Assembly: GCA_963790475.1 (NCBI GenBank)
Contig: CAWBOS010000013.1
Span: 449,730 to 513,729 of the forward strand
Length of the DNA stretch: 64,000 nt
Source: an uncultured delta proteobacterium
GTDB taxonomy: Bacteria > Desulfobacterota > RBG-13-43-22
Reading direction: 5' to 3'
Each line of letters opens with the position of its first letter. The first letter of the stretch is position 1. Under the pieces are notes generated by a model. It saw nothing but the letters and a program-made list of their open reading frames with translations, was not told the origin of the DNA and ran no database searches. Made by a program: the position numbers and the translations under genes. This document shows positions 33,936 to 44,738 of the stretch, one piece after another.

Positions 33936-34862
33936 TTATTCCTTGAAAAGTTCGGTACTCAGGTATCGCTCCCCGGTACTGGGTAAAATGACCACAATCT
34001 GTTTCCCCTTGCTTTCCGGCCGTTTAGCGATTTCGAGTGCCGCGGCCAGCGCCGCACCGGACGAAATGCCGCAGAGAAGCCCTTCCAGCCTGGCGGCTTC
34101 CCGGGCCATCTCAAAGGCTTGTTCATTGGTCACGGCGATGACTTCGTCCAGGATCGCCCGGTTCAGGACCTGGGGCACAAAACCGGTTCCAATGCCCTGG
34201 ATTTTGTGAGGTCCGGGGTTCCCTCCGGAGAGTACCGGCGATGCCGCAGGTTCCACTGCGATAGCTCGGAAAGAAGGTTTGCGTCCTTTGATCACTTCCG
34301 CTACGCCGGTGATGGTTCCGCCGGTCCCCACCCCGGCGACCAGCATGTCTACCCCCCCCTTGGTATCACGCCATATTTCTTCAGCCGTTGTTCGTCGGTG
34401 GATTTCCGGATTAGCCGGATTGCTGAATTGGTCGGGCATATAGGCCTTGGGCGTCCCGGACACAATCTCACGGGCCTTGTTGATGGCCCCCTTAATCCCC
34501 TCCGGCCCCGGGGTGAGAATCAGCTCGGCGCCCAGGTGTTTGAGCAGTTTCCTTCTCTCGATGCTCATCGTTTCCGGCATGGTCAGGATTAAGCGGTAAC
34601 CTTTGACCGCACAGACAAAGGCCAGGGCGATTCCTGTATTTCCGCTGGTGGGTTCCACAATCACGGTGTCGGCCTGAATAAGCCCCTGTCTTTCCGCCGC
34701 CTCAATCATCGCCACTCCGATGCGGTCTTTTACGCTGCCCAAAGGATTCCGAAACTCCAGTTTGGCGATGAGGTCTGCCGGCAACCCTTTGGAGATCTTG
34801 TTCAGACGGACTGAGGGCGTCAACCCCGTCGTTCGGGTAACATTTCCAAAAATTTCATCCAT
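33936..34862 (-). CDS. cysK: cysteine synthase A
   Basis: SVKDR PLP lysine, [22 protein letters not shown]. Confidence 0.95.
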   Translation of the reverse strand: MDEIFGNVTRTTGLTPSVRLNKISKGLPADLIAKLEFRNPLGSVKDRIGVAMIEAAERQGLIQADTVIVEPTSGNTGIALAFVCAVKGYRLILTMPETMSIERRKLLKHLGAELILTPGPEGIKGAINKAREIVSGTPKAYMPDQFSNPANPEIHRRTTAEEIWRDTKGGVDMLVAGVGTGGTITGVAEVIKGRKPSFRAIAVEPAASPVLSGGNPGPHKIQGIGTGFVPQVLNRAILDEVIAVTNEQAFEMAREAARLEGLLCGISSGAALAAALEIAKRPESKGKQIVVILPSTGERYLSTELFKE

Positions 34863-34864
34863 CT

Positions 34865-35854
34865 TTAATCCCCTTTCCTCTTCTCTATTGGGTCATGATC
34901 AATTAATTTTCCCTTAAAAACAAGTTCCGGCCTTTTCAGGAAAACATGCATATCCGGTGGTATGGATTCCGTTATCCAAACATTGCCTCCGATCACTGAG
35001 CGCGCGCTAATGACCGTATCTCCGCCTAGAATGGTGGCTCCGGAATAAATAATCACGTCATCTTCGATGGTGGGATGACGTTTCTGTGTCCTGAGCTTTT
35101 CGGTGGCCCCCCTGGGCACGGACAGGGCCCCGAGCGTTACCCCCTGATAAATCCTTACCCGATTTCCAATGACGGAGGTTTCCCCTATCACCACGCCTGT
35201 TCCATGATCGATAAAAAAACTCTCGCCGATTCTGGCCCCGGGATGGATGTCGATCCCCGTCTTGCTGTGGGCATACTCCGCCATAATACGGGGCATAAGA
35301 GGGATGCCCTGCTCAAAAAGCTGGTGGGCCATGCGGTACACGGTGATGGCAAAAAGACCGGGATAGCTGAATATAATCTCATCATAGCTTTTGGCGGCAG
35401 GATCCCCTTCCAGGGCGGCACGAACATCGTTAGAAAGTATGGTGCGCAACCGGGGCAATTCTTTTAAAAATTCTACGGCGAATTCCTGCCCTTTCTCTTC
35501 ACAGTGGGTACAGGGTTGATTGTAGCGGAGACACTCATGCCGGATACACAGGGTGATTTGCTCGGATAGAACTTGAAAAAAGGAGGTTTCTTCCTCGCCT
35601 AAGTAATACTCGAGATTCAGGTCGTCAACCCGGGAAAGGATAAAATAACCCGGGAAGAGGATGCGTCTTGCCCTTTCAATGATATCGACCGTGCAATCGA
35701 GTGAAGGGAGAGGTTCCGGACTGATGTGAGCAAAGCAGTCTTCCCGATAGCAGGTTTTGAGGAGTTCATCCACGAGCGTCGGAATTTCTTTACGATACTC
35801 CCGTATCGCCCCCACCTTCATTTTGCACTGATCTTGTTTGGCTGAATCATCCAT
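34865..35854 (-). CDS. cysE: serine O-acetyltransferase
   Basis: [30 protein letters not shown]. Confidence 0.93.
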   Translation of the reverse strand: MDDSAKQDQCKMKVGAIREYRKEIPTLVDELLKTCYREDCFAHISPEPLPSLDCTVDIIERARRILFPGYFILSRVDDLNLEYYLGEEETSFFQVLSEQITLCIRHECLRYNQPCTHCEEKGQEFAVEFLKELPRLRTILSNDVRAALEGDPAAKSYDEIIFSYPGLFAITVYRMAHQLFEQGIPLMPRIMAEYAHSKTGIDIHPGARIGESFFIDHGTGVVIGETSVIGNRVRIYQGVTLGALSVPRGATEKLRTQKRHPTIEDDVIIYSGATILGGDTVISARSVIGGNVWITESIPPDMHVFLKRPELVFKGKLIDHDPIEKRKGD

Positions 35855-36314
35855 ATCCGGATAACCTCCTGGCATCGCAATCGATTTAGACAGTTAACCC
35901 GATCAAGGCCGCTTTCCCCAAGTCTGTGGCAGCCGGCGTAATCTTGTGTCCAAGCCGGCCATTCACTAATCAATAAAATTTTATTTTGATGGAAAGAGTA
36001 TAAAACAAGAAAAAGACCGGAGCAAGGAGAAAAGTTGGGTGGAAGGCATAAATACCAAGAAGTCACCTGAAGAAAACGGAACTATGCGGGATATGCCTTT
36101 ACAAATCAGACTACCCCCGCCCCCTTTCAAAAAAACCCTCCGGGTGCTTAAATAATTCCATCTAAAACTCCAGATTTCTGAGGATAATCAACAAACTAAA
36201 CTTCCTATTCTCCAGGAGTATAATCATCAATATGGTTCCTCCCCGACTATTTTTCTTTACTTTTCATGCAGTAATGCTATCATAAACACCAATAAATATT
36301 GGTGGAGGAGAAAT

Positions 36315-36569
36315 ATGGAAACCATAAAATCTGTCGGCCGAAGCGGACAAATTTCTTTGGGAAAAAAATTCGCCGGTCAGACGGTATTGGTAGATCAAAT
36401 CGAATCGGGGGTATGGATTGTCAAAGTCGGGCAGTTTGTCCCTAACAGTGAACATTGGTTGCACCAATCCAAAGTCCGGACCGAAATTGATGAGGCTATC
36501 ACTTGGGCAGAAAAAAATCCACCCCGGAAAAGTGCTTTAAAGACAATCGAGTCCCGGTTAAAAAAATGA
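36315..36569 (+). CDS. putative AbrB-like antitoxin
   Basis: IKSVGRSGQISLGK swapped-hairpin pattern; ATGA overlap with next gene. Confidence 0.6.
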   Translation: METIKSVGRSGQISLGKKFAGQTVLVDQIESGVWIVKVGQFVPNSEHWLHQSKVRTEIDEAITWAEKNPPRKSALKTIESRLKK

Positions 36570-36880
36570 ACCCTTCCACAAAGGATTCAGTCAATCTGGA
36601 TCTAAATAGTCCGGTATTTCAAAGGCGATTATTTAATTTATCTAAACAGGATCAAGGAGAAGTGCTTGGGACATTGCGAAAGCTTGCCAAGATGGATTGG
36701 GACCAGGTTTATTCTGATCGAGGCTTGAAATGGGAGGTTATTTTCTCCCGCACCGGGCCCCATGGGGAAAGATTATACAGTTTTCGGATCGGCAAAGGAT
36801 TTCGGGGGCTGGCTTATCGGGAAGGGGACTGGATGCGAATTTTATCTCTTCATCCCGATCATGATTCCACCTATCAATGA
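36566..36880 (+). CDS. putative RelE-like toxin
   Basis: 104 aa, LYSFRIGKGFR, terminal DHD.TY. Confidence 0.55.
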   Translation: MNPSTKDSVNLDLNSPVFQRRLFNLSKQDQGEVLGTLRKLAKMDWDQVYSDRGLKWEVIFSRTGPHGERLYSFRIGKGFRGLAYREGDWMRILSLHPDHDSTYQ

Positions 36881-36944
36881 ATGGGGCCTGCTTTACCTTG
36901 CTCTAAGAAATGGGGTTTCCCCGGGAACAAACTTAAAATTATCC

Positions 36945-37964
36945 TCACTTCCCAAACGGGCAAACCGGAAAGCGGCATTCAGTGCAGTTGCGGCAGAGAC
37001 CGCCGTGACCCATGAGGGCGATTTCTTTGCGGGTTGGTTCCTCCCCGGCCAGGATCAAAGGCAGGAGCAAATCAAAAAGAGTGACCTTATGATAAAAGAC
37101 ACAGGCCGGCAATCCCAGGAGCGGGATCCCACCCAGACGGGCATAGAGGAACATGGCCCCGGGCAATACCGGGGTGCCGAAAAATATAATCCTGGCCCCG
37201 GCCCGACTGATCCCCTTTCGGGTCACATCATCGGGATCGACCGACATCCCTCCGGTGGTGACAATCAGATCGCATTCTGAATCGATCAAGCTTATTATTG
37301 TCTTGGCGATTATAGAAACCTTGTCCGGGACGGTCTCTTTGCGGATGATTTGACACCCATAGGCCTCCAATTTTTTCCCCACCCATTCTTCAAAACCGTC
37401 TGGCACCCGACCCGTATAAAATTCCGATCCGGTCACGACCACCCCGACCTTTTTTTTGGAAAAGGTCTTGATGGAAACCAATGGCTTCGAACGGGAACAG
37501 ATCTTTTCCGCTTTGAGGATACTTTTTTCATCGATGGTCAAAGGGATAATCCGCGTGGCGGCCACGATATCACCGACCTTGCAGACACTATGATTATGCA
37601 GGGTGGAAACCATGATATTGGGAATTAAATTGAGTCGGGTGAGATCAGCCACCCGGACTTTGAGCAGACCGGAAATTTGAGCGGTCAGACTTATTTTCCC
37701 TTCTACCGGTCCTTGAAGTAAAAGATGATCGCCCTTGAGGGCTTGGGCCAGCCTTCCGGCCGCGTCGTTTTCATGAAGCCGGCCGGGAGGAATGTCCAGG
37801 ACAAAAAGGGTTTCCTTGCCCATATCCAGCAGAATCGGGATGTCCTCCTCTTGGATAATATGACCTTTTTTAAACGCGGCGCCTTTGAAACTGCCGGGAA
37901 CAATTCGCGTCAGATCATGGCCCAGAACCATGCCGACGGCCTTTTGAATCTTCACTCTTTTCAT
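36945..37964 (-). CDS. molybdopterin-binding (MoeA-like) protein
   Basis: GMVLGHDLT, VTGSE, TGGMSVDPDD, GGLCRNCTEC.FPVCPFGK. Confidence 0.85.
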   Translation of the reverse strand: MKRVKIQKAVGMVLGHDLTRIVPGSFKGAAFKKGHIIQEEDIPILLDMGKETLFVLDIPPGRLHENDAAGRLAQALKGDHLLLQGPVEGKISLTAQISGLLKVRVADLTRLNLIPNIMVSTLHNHSVCKVGDIVAATRIIPLTIDEKSILKAEKICSRSKPLVSIKTFSKKKVGVVVTGSEFYTGRVPDGFEEWVGKKLEAYGCQIIRKETVPDKVSIIAKTIISLIDSECDLIVTTGGMSVDPDDVTRKGISRAGARIIFFGTPVLPGAMFLYARLGGIPLLGLPACVFYHKVTLFDLLLPLILAGEEPTRKEIALMGHGGLCRNCTECRFPVCPFGK

Positions 37965-38105
37965 CTCAGATGTTCAATTCCTTTTTGATGATTTTATTCT
38001 GCAACTGAGTTCAAGATAACACATCTCGATCAAGAGTGCTTGGGAAAAAGCTCTTTGTTCATCCCTACCCTTTTGCCCGGACACTCCGAAGACCGGCCTG
38101 CTCGA

Positions 38106-39086
38106 TTAAGGCTTTGTTCGATTCATTCCGGGTACGATCCTGACCTCTTTGTGGGGATTCCTTCTGGCCCTTGATTCGGCTTTGGATCCTGACGTGACGT
38201 AGACCGGTTCCTGCCTCTCTTGGAGCGGTTTCAAGATCCTTTGAATATGTCCTTTCTTGTTTTTGAGGTAGGCCGGTTTGATCTCCTCACCGGCCGGACA
38301 CACGGCCATGCAATAGCTGCACCGGTAACTTATTCTAAACATCAGGGACTGCCACATAAAAGCCGTCTCCCGATCATTGAAATGGGATCGGTATTCTTCC
38401 AGGTCCTTTGAAGTGACCATCGCTTCCACCCAGTTTTGAAATCCCACCATATTGTCCCGGTAGGTGTGGGTGTTGCAGGCCAAGAAATCGAAGGGTTTCC
38501 CTTTGGTGATGGCCCCGGTCGGGCAGACAACCGCGCACAGGTTACATTGGATGCAGGGATTGATATCCAGAGGATGATCATACTCGTCCACTTCAGCATT
38601 GATCAGGATACTGGTCAATTGGATAAAACTCCCGTATTTCGGATGCAGGACCAGCCGGTTGACCCCCATCTGCCCCAGACCGGCTTCCACGGCCACGATC
38701 TTATGACTGACATCCCAGATCTTGCCCGGCCATCGTCCCAAATCCATCGGCCAGGATTTGTTGACAGCTACACCCCGGATGCCTATTCCATTCAAGCGAT
38801 GGACGATCTCTCGAGAAACGCTGGAAATTTTATCCCCGGTGTGATGATATTCTTCGTTGGCCACGTAACGGGCCGAACTCTGAATGTTCTCCCGGTTATT
38901 GACTTTGATGATTGAAATGATGCTCCGGGTGAGAGGATAGACCCGCAAAATACCTTCCCTCTCGGCCTGGAGCGACTCTCGATCGATCTCCACCACCCCG
39001 GCATCATCGGCCCCCGCTTTGAGGCAGATCTCTTTGATCGCTTTGGCTGAATGCGGCTTTTCCGTTCGTCGCTTATTCGGACTCAT
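38106..39086 (-). CDS. 4Fe-4S protein of the QueG/reductive-dehalogenase-like fold
   Basis: SHKIVAVEAGLG..G.N, HPKYGS, CIQCNLC..VCP, CSYCMAVCP. Confidence 0.75.
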   Translation of the reverse strand: MSPNKRRTEKPHSAKAIKEICLKAGADDAGVVEIDRESLQAEREGILRVYPLTRSIISIIKVNNRENIQSSARYVANEEYHHTGDKISSVSREIVHRLNGIGIRGVAVNKSWPMDLGRWPGKIWDVSHKIVAVEAGLGQMGVNRLVLHPKYGSFIQLTSILINAEVDEYDHPLDINPCIQCNLCAVVCPTGAITKGKPFDFLACNTHTYRDNMVGFQNWVEAMVTSKDLEEYRSHFNDRETAFMWQSLMFRISYRCSYCMAVCPAGEEIKPAYLKNKKGHIQRILKPLQERQEPVYVTSGSKAESRARRNPHKEVRIVPGMNRTKP

Positions 39087-39129
39087 GTCTTTTCCTCCCC
39101 AAGGCTCGGAATGTAATTCGATAATTTGT

Positions 39130-39714
39130 TTATTTGGTCTCATAGGGATCTTGTCCCTGGCAAGCCAGGCAAAGACTTCCTGTGGCCACCGGGTAGGTCT
39201 CTCCGCAGGCCGGACAGAGAGCCACAGGTCCCAACTTGTTTTTTCTCAAAATTTCCGGTTTGGCCTGGATCGACTGCCAGGCCAAGATTTCTCCCCCGGC
39301 TTGCTTGATCTGAAGGAGAAGTTCATGGACATCCTGATCCTGTTTGGATTTCCGCTTCATATACCAGGCCGTCAGTTCCGGCCAGGATTCAAGCTTGGCT
39401 TGATCCGGAAAAACCCGTATCCCCTCCCCGGTATTTTTATTAAAAAGACTGAGGGCGAAACGCCCCAAGGATAAAATCCGGAGCCGGCCGTTGCCGATGG
39501 TGCAGGGGGTCAGCATTTGAATGGCATCAGGCAAACATTTCGTCGTCTCAGAAAGGGCTTCATACAGGACGCCTGGAGGTATCAGTTTTTTGGCTTTGCT
39601 GACCATGAATCCCCCCATCAGGAGACCGGGCGCTGCATAACCATGAAAGGTCTCCACCTGTCGGACATACTCTTCAAAAGATGAAGAGGAAATGAAATCA
39701 AATTCCTTTTTCAT
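39130..39714 (-). CDS. FmdE-family protein with C-terminal zinc finger
   Basis: FHGYAAPG, CLPDAIQ..TPCTIGN, CPACGE..CLAC. Confidence 0.85.
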   Translation of the reverse strand: MKKEFDFISSSSFEEYVRQVETFHGYAAPGLLMGGFMVSKAKKLIPPGVLYEALSETTKCLPDAIQMLTPCTIGNGRLRILSLGRFALSLFNKNTGEGIRVFPDQAKLESWPELTAWYMKRKSKQDQDVHELLLQIKQAGGEILAWQSIQAKPEILRKNKLGPVALCPACGETYPVATGSLCLACQGQDPYETK

Positions 39715-39836
39715 AAGGCTCCAACCCGGCAGAGAACCTATCGCAAAGAACACCACTGGTGTGAGAAATCGTTCCCATATTCCCTCCCATGATCTTAAGT
39801 TGGACGCGCAATACTACCGAATAATCAAAGAATAAA

Positions 39837-40259
39837 TTACCGGCTAAATTGGTCCCGAAGTTTCTTAATCAGACTAAGCAGGGTCTGCCTCTCATTTTCC
39901 GTAAAGGCCGACAGGAATTCTTCATTGGCCTTTTCGATAAGCTTACCCGCTTCCCGTCCGATTTCTTTTCCCTTTTTGGTCAGATGGATTTTGACGGAAC
40001 GGCGATCGTCAGGATTGCCTTTGCGTTCGATGAGCTGAGCCGTTTCCAGGCGGTCGAGAATGCCGGTCAGGGTGGCGCTGTCCAACTCAATCTTTTTCCC
40101 CAGTTCGCCGGCCATGATTTGATCCTGATCGAAAAGAAAGGCCATGACCAGGGCCTGGACCGGCGTCAGATTAAGCCTGGACACCTTGGCGTTTAAAAAC
40201 TTGGTCCCAACCTGACTGCCCTTGGCCAGCATGAAAAAAATACAATGGTCGGCTTCCAT
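39837..40259 (-). CDS. MarR-family regulator
   Basis: LDSATLTGILDRLE, DDRRS..HLT.KG. Confidence 0.92.
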   Translation of the reverse strand: MEADHCIFFMLAKGSQVGTKFLNAKVSRLNLTPVQALVMAFLFDQDQIMAGELGKKIELDSATLTGILDRLETAQLIERKGNPDDRRSVKIHLTKKGKEIGREAGKLIEKANEEFLSAFTENERQTLLSLIKKLRDQFSR

Positions 40260-40435
40260 AAATTTCCTTAATTTAGATTGTACACAACTATATTGTACTC
40301 AATTTAAATAGTTGGTCAACTGTTTTTTTTAGCCCCCTTCATTCCTTGAATGATTACCATCTTTATTATTACAAAAATGTTGTTTTATCATCAGGGCTGT
40401 GCTAAGGTGACCTCGATCTAAAAAGGAGAACGGGT

Positions 40436-42004
40436 TTGAAGGAATCATTTTTGAAAAGCAAAGGGATCGACAGCTCGCCCCAGGTGCGGGAGGTGTATTG
40501 TCTTTATGAAATCGCCAAGGCCCTGAATGCTTCCCTGGACCTGAACAAATCTTTGCATGAGATTCTGGGTATCATTTCCAAATTGCTCGGGATGCGGCGG
40601 GCCACCCTGACTATCCTGAATCCGGATACCTCGGAGATATCTATTGAGGTGGCCCACGATCTCTCCCCTGAGGCCAAACGGCGGGGTAAATACCGTTTGG
40701 GAGAGGGGGTTACCGGACGGGTGGTTCAAACCGGCGAACCGGCCATCATCCCCAAGATCAGTGAAGAACCGATGTTTTTAAACCGGACCCGCACCCGAAA
40801 GGATTTGGACAAACAGGATATATCCTTTATCTGCGTGCCGATCAAAATCGGGAAGAACACCATCGGTGCCTTGAGTGTGGACCGGTTGTTTTCCAACGAG
40901 GTCTCCCTGGACGAGGATCTGCGGTTTCTGACCATTATTGCCGCCTTGATTGCCGAAACGGTAAAGAAAGTCCAGTACCTGAACCGGGAAAAGGAACAGC
41001 TTTTAGATGAAAATATCCGGCTTAAAAAAGAATTGGCCGAAAAATATCAGGTCGAAAACATCATCGGCACCAGCCGCCCGATGAGAGAAGTCTACGAGAT
41101 GATCCATAAGGTGGCTAAAAGCAATGCCACGGTCTTGCTCCGGGGAGAAAGCGGCACCGGGAAGGAATTAGTGGCTAATGCTATCCATTATCAGAGCCTT
41201 CGTTCCCGCAAACCCTTTATCAAAGTCAACTGTGCCGCTTTACCGGAAACCTTACTGGAAAGCGAGTTGTTCGGTTATGAAAAAGGGGCCTTTACCGGGG
41301 CCACTTCCCTCAAACCGGGCCGCTTCGAAAGGGCCCAGGGAGGCACCCTTTTCCTGGACGAAATAGGGGATTTGAATCCGAGCATTCAAACAAAATTACT
41401 CCGGGTTATTCAGGAAAAGGAATTTGACCGGCTGGGAGGCCGTCAGCCGATTCAGTCCGATGTGCGGATCATCGCCGCCACCCATCAGGACTTGGAAAAA
41501 ATCGTAGCCGAAAAGAGGTTTCGAGAAGACCTTTATTACCGGTTGAATGTCTTTCCCATCTATCTTCCTCCCTTACGGGATCGGAGGACGGATATTCTCC
41601 TCCTGGCGGAACATTTTCTGGAAAAATTCAATAAAGAGCACCAGAAAAATATCATACGCATCTCCACCCCGGCTATTGACATGCTGATGCAGTATCACTG
41701 GCCGGGCAATGTCCGGGAGCTTCAGAACTGCCTGGAACGGGCGGTACTGATCTGTGAAGGAGAAGCGATCAAGGCCCATCATCTGCCGCCAACGCTTCAG
41801 ACCGCGGAAAGTTCCAATACGCAAAGCAAACTTACTTTTGACCAGGCGGTCGAGGCCGTAGAAAAGGAATTGATTATCGAGGCCCTTAAAAAAACGAATG
41901 GAAACCGGACCCGGGCGGCAGAGGATTTAGGGATTACCCAGCGGATCGTCAATTATAAAATCGACCGTTATGGAATTGAACCCCGGCGGTTTCGGGTAAG
42001 TTAA
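40436..42004 (+). CDS. GAF-domain sigma54 enhancer-binding protein (NifA-like)
   Basis: [26 protein letters not shown]-terminal HTH. Confidence 0.92.
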   Translation: MKESFLKSKGIDSSPQVREVYCLYEIAKALNASLDLNKSLHEILGIISKLLGMRRATLTILNPDTSEISIEVAHDLSPEAKRRGKYRLGEGVTGRVVQTGEPAIIPKISEEPMFLNRTRTRKDLDKQDISFICVPIKIGKNTIGALSVDRLFSNEVSLDEDLRFLTIIAALIAETVKKVQYLNREKEQLLDENIRLKKELAEKYQVENIIGTSRPMREVYEMIHKVAKSNATVLLRGESGTGKELVANAIHYQSLRSRKPFIKVNCAALPETLLESELFGYEKGAFTGATSLKPGRFERAQGGTLFLDEIGDLNPSIQTKLLRVIQEKEFDRLGGRQPIQSDVRIIAATHQDLEKIVAEKRFREDLYYRLNVFPIYLPPLRDRRTDILLLAEHFLEKFNKEHQKNIIRISTPAIDMLMQYHWPGNVRELQNCLERAVLICEGEAIKAHHLPPTLQTAESSNTQSKLTFDQAVEAVEKELIIEALKKTNGNRTRAAEDLGITQRIVNYKIDRYGIEPRRFRVS

Positions 42005-42056
42005 AGACAGGCCATAGTCACTAGATAAAAAATAGTTGTTCAAGGTTCAAAGGAAA

Positions 42057-42102
42057 AATCCCCCCGGCCCCCCCGTTTCCAAAGGGGGAGTGAGGAGGAT
42101 TT
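42057..42102. repeat. short CCCCC/GGGGG palindromic repeat
   Basis: Resembles 46927-47000. Confidence 0.55.
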
Positions 42103-42139
42103 GAAATTTATTTTCGCTGTAAAGAAAGGTTGAATAACA

Positions 42140-43298
42140 ATGAAAAAAGTATTTTCTTTTCAAGGGGCCGGAGAAATTCATTTCGGTTGCGGATTAATCA
42201 ACCAGTTGCCTGATCTGGCTATCCGCTACGAATCAGGTCCGGTTCTGGTGGTCATGGACCCTTTTCTTGCCAGGGGACCCCTCAAGATTCGTATTTTTAA
42301 TGACTTAAAAACCAAGGGATTAACGCCCTTATTATTTGACCAGATTGAACCGGAGCCGTCACCGGCCTCAGCCGAGGCCGGGGCCAGGCTGGCCAAAAGA
42401 AAGGCCTGTTCGCTGGTCATCGGCATCGGCGGGGGGAGCACTATGGATACGGCCAAGGCCGCTGCCATGCTGGCCCTAAATAAAGGAAGGGTCAGTGACT
42501 ATGTCGGGTTGGATCTGGTACCCAATCCGGGACTGCCCACGATTCTGGTCCCGACTTCAGCCGGGACCGGCAGTGAGGTGACCTTCACGGCCGTTTTTAC
42601 CAATAGGGCCACTAAAACCAAAGGCGGGATCAACAGTCGCTTTCTCTATCCCACGGTGGCCTTGCTGGATCCGGAACTGACTTTGAGCCTGCCGCCGCAA
42701 GCCACCGCCCAGACGGGGATGGACGCCTTGACCCACGCCATGGAAGCCTACACTTCCAACAAAGCGAATCCCCTGAGTGATATGGTGGCCGAAAAGGCCA
42801 TTACTCTGTTCGGTCAATTCTTGAAAAAGGCGGTAAAAAACGGTCAGGACCTTGAAGCCCGGGAAGGGATGCTCCTGGGAAGTTTGTTGGCCGGAATGGC
42901 CCTGGCCAATGCCGGGGTAGGAGCGGTCCATGCCATGGCCTATCCCCTCGGGGCCTTGTTCAATATTACCCACGGACTGGCCAATGCGGTCCTTTTACCT
43001 TATGTCCTGGAATTCAACCGGGTCGCCTGTCCGGAACGGTTTGCTCGGATGGAGTATTTATTGGGCGGTTCAGAAGCAGCAGGTTCCACCGAGGGAGGGG
43101 CGAAAAAGTGCATCAAAAGAATCATCAGTCTCTCACAGGCCATTGGTATTCCCGGCGAACCTGAAGGAATTGAAGATTCCCAAAAAGGCCATTCGATCGA
43201 TGGCCGAAGCGGCCATCAAGGTCGCCCGGCCGATCGAAAATAATCCCCGACCGATTACGGTTAAGGATATTATTGGATTATATAATAAAATGTTTTAA
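42140..43298 (+). CDS. iron-containing alcohol dehydrogenase (possible KdnB role), frameshift near 43155
   Basis: GGGSTMDTAK, PTSAGTGSE, DALTHAME, HGLANA; C-terminus NNPRP in a second frame. Confidence 0.85.
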
Positions 43299-43321
43299 TT
43301 GATTTCGGATTTTATGAAGTT

Positions 43322-43380
43322 AACGGTGTAAGGTGTAAGGTATACGGTTTTCCCTTAAACCTTAAACCTTGAACCTTAAA
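43322..43380. repeat. inverted heptamer arrays (AAGGTGT)n ... (AACCTTA)n
   Basis: acggtgtaaggtgtaaggtatacggt ... ccttaaaccttaaaccttgaaccttaaa. Confidence 0.7.
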
Positions 43381-43390
43381 GGAGAAAAAT

Positions 43391-44623
43391 ATGCCCGGTT
43401 ACGAAGTCTTGGGAGAAGAAGAGAAAAAAGAAATCTTGGAGGTCCTGGAAACGGGGGTCCTGTTTCGCTACGGATTTCCGGCCCAACGAAAAGGACGCTA
43501 TAAAGTTGAAGAATTTGAAAAAAAGTTCGCCGAATATACCGGCAGGAAATTTGCCCTGGCGGTTTCCTCCGGAAGCGCGGCCTTAAAAGTGGCCCTGGCG
43601 GCCTTGGGGGTGGGTTTTGGAGATGAGGTCATTACCAGCGGATTCACCTTCGTGGCCACTTGGGAGTCCGTTTTGGAATGCGGGGCCGTCCCGGTATTTT
43701 CGGGAATCGATGATACCTTAAACCTGGACGCCGAAGAGCTGTCAAAAAAAATCACCCCTCGGACAAAGGCCATTATCCCGGTTCATATGCTGGGGGCTCA
43801 AGCCCGGATCGAGGCCATTATGGCCGTGGCCGATCGACACCATATCCCGGTGATTGAAGACACCGCCCAGGCCTGCGGCGGATTTATCAAAGGGAAGGCC
43901 CTGGGTTCCTATGGGGCCATCGGCACCTTCTCTTTTGATTCGGTGAAGACCCTGACTACCGGTGAGGGGGGCATGTTGATCATGGATGATCCGGAACTCT
44001 ACCGCCGAGCCTCGGAATATCACGATCACGGCCATGATCATATCGGACCCGACCGGGGATTGGAAAGCCGAAGCTTTATCGGATTTAATTATCGCATGAT
44101 GGAACTGCAAGGGGCCCTGGGGCTGGCCCAGTTGTCCAAATTAAAGGCCATGATTTCCGCGCAAATGGCCCATAAAGCCCGCTTGAAACAAATCCTGGCC
44201 GGCATTCAAGGGATTCGTTTTCGGGAACTGGTGGATCCTGAAGGGGACACCGCCACCTTCCTGGCTTTTTCCCTGCCCGATCAGGAGAAGACCCGAACCC
44301 TGAAAGATTTAGCCAAAAAGGTGGGACTGGGACTGGTCTATTTTTTTGAAAACGGGTGGCATTATTATCGCAACTGGGAACATCTGCTTTTGCAGAAGAC
44401 CGCCAGCCGCAATGGCTGGCCCTTTCAGGTGGAAGATAACGTCAGGAAGCTGAACTATCCCCGGGACCTCCTGTCCCGCACCGATGAAAGGATGGCCTGC
44501 CTGCTGGTCTTGCCCATAAATATCAGGATGGATGAAGAGGTTTTTAAGAAAGCGGAACAATTAGTTCTGAAGCAAGAATTTCATAACAAACTCTCATGCT
44601 TCTGGAAACATCACGGAGCATGA
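43391..44623 (+). CDS. kdnA: DegT/DnrJ aminotransferase resembling KdnA (Kdo8N transaminase)
   Basis: MPGYEVLGEEEK start, SFDSVKT..GEGG PLP site, DHGHDHIG.DRG motif. Confidence 0.7.
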   Translation: MPGYEVLGEEEKKEILEVLETGVLFRYGFPAQRKGRYKVEEFEKKFAEYTGRKFALAVSSGSAALKVALAALGVGFGDEVITSGFTFVATWESVLECGAVPVFSGIDDTLNLDAEELSKKITPRTKAIIPVHMLGAQARIEAIMAVADRHHIPVIEDTAQACGGFIKGKALGSYGAIGTFSFDSVKTLTTGEGGMLIMDDPELYRRASEYHDHGHDHIGPDRGLESRSFIGFNYRMMELQGALGLAQLSKLKAMISAQMAHKARLKQILAGIQGIRFRELVDPEGDTATFLAFSLPDQEKTRTLKDLAKKVGLGLVYFFENGWHYYRNWEHLLLQKTASRNGWPFQVEDNVRKLNYPRDLLSRTDERMACLLVLPINIRMDEEVFKKAEQLVLKQEFHNKLSCFWKHHGA

Positions 44624-44738
44624 AAATATACGAGGTTTCAAGGGGGGTCAAGGTCCGCAGGGCGGAGTGAACGGCTTGGAATTTAAAACCCTCGAACCCT
44701 TGAACCTTGAACCCTATTTTCTAACAAGGAGACGGCTT

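Noticed and set aside
40436-42004. nifA and a nitrogen fixation locus
   Set aside because: Architecture is NifA-like, but no nif genes are nearby and I found no clear -24/-12 promoter.
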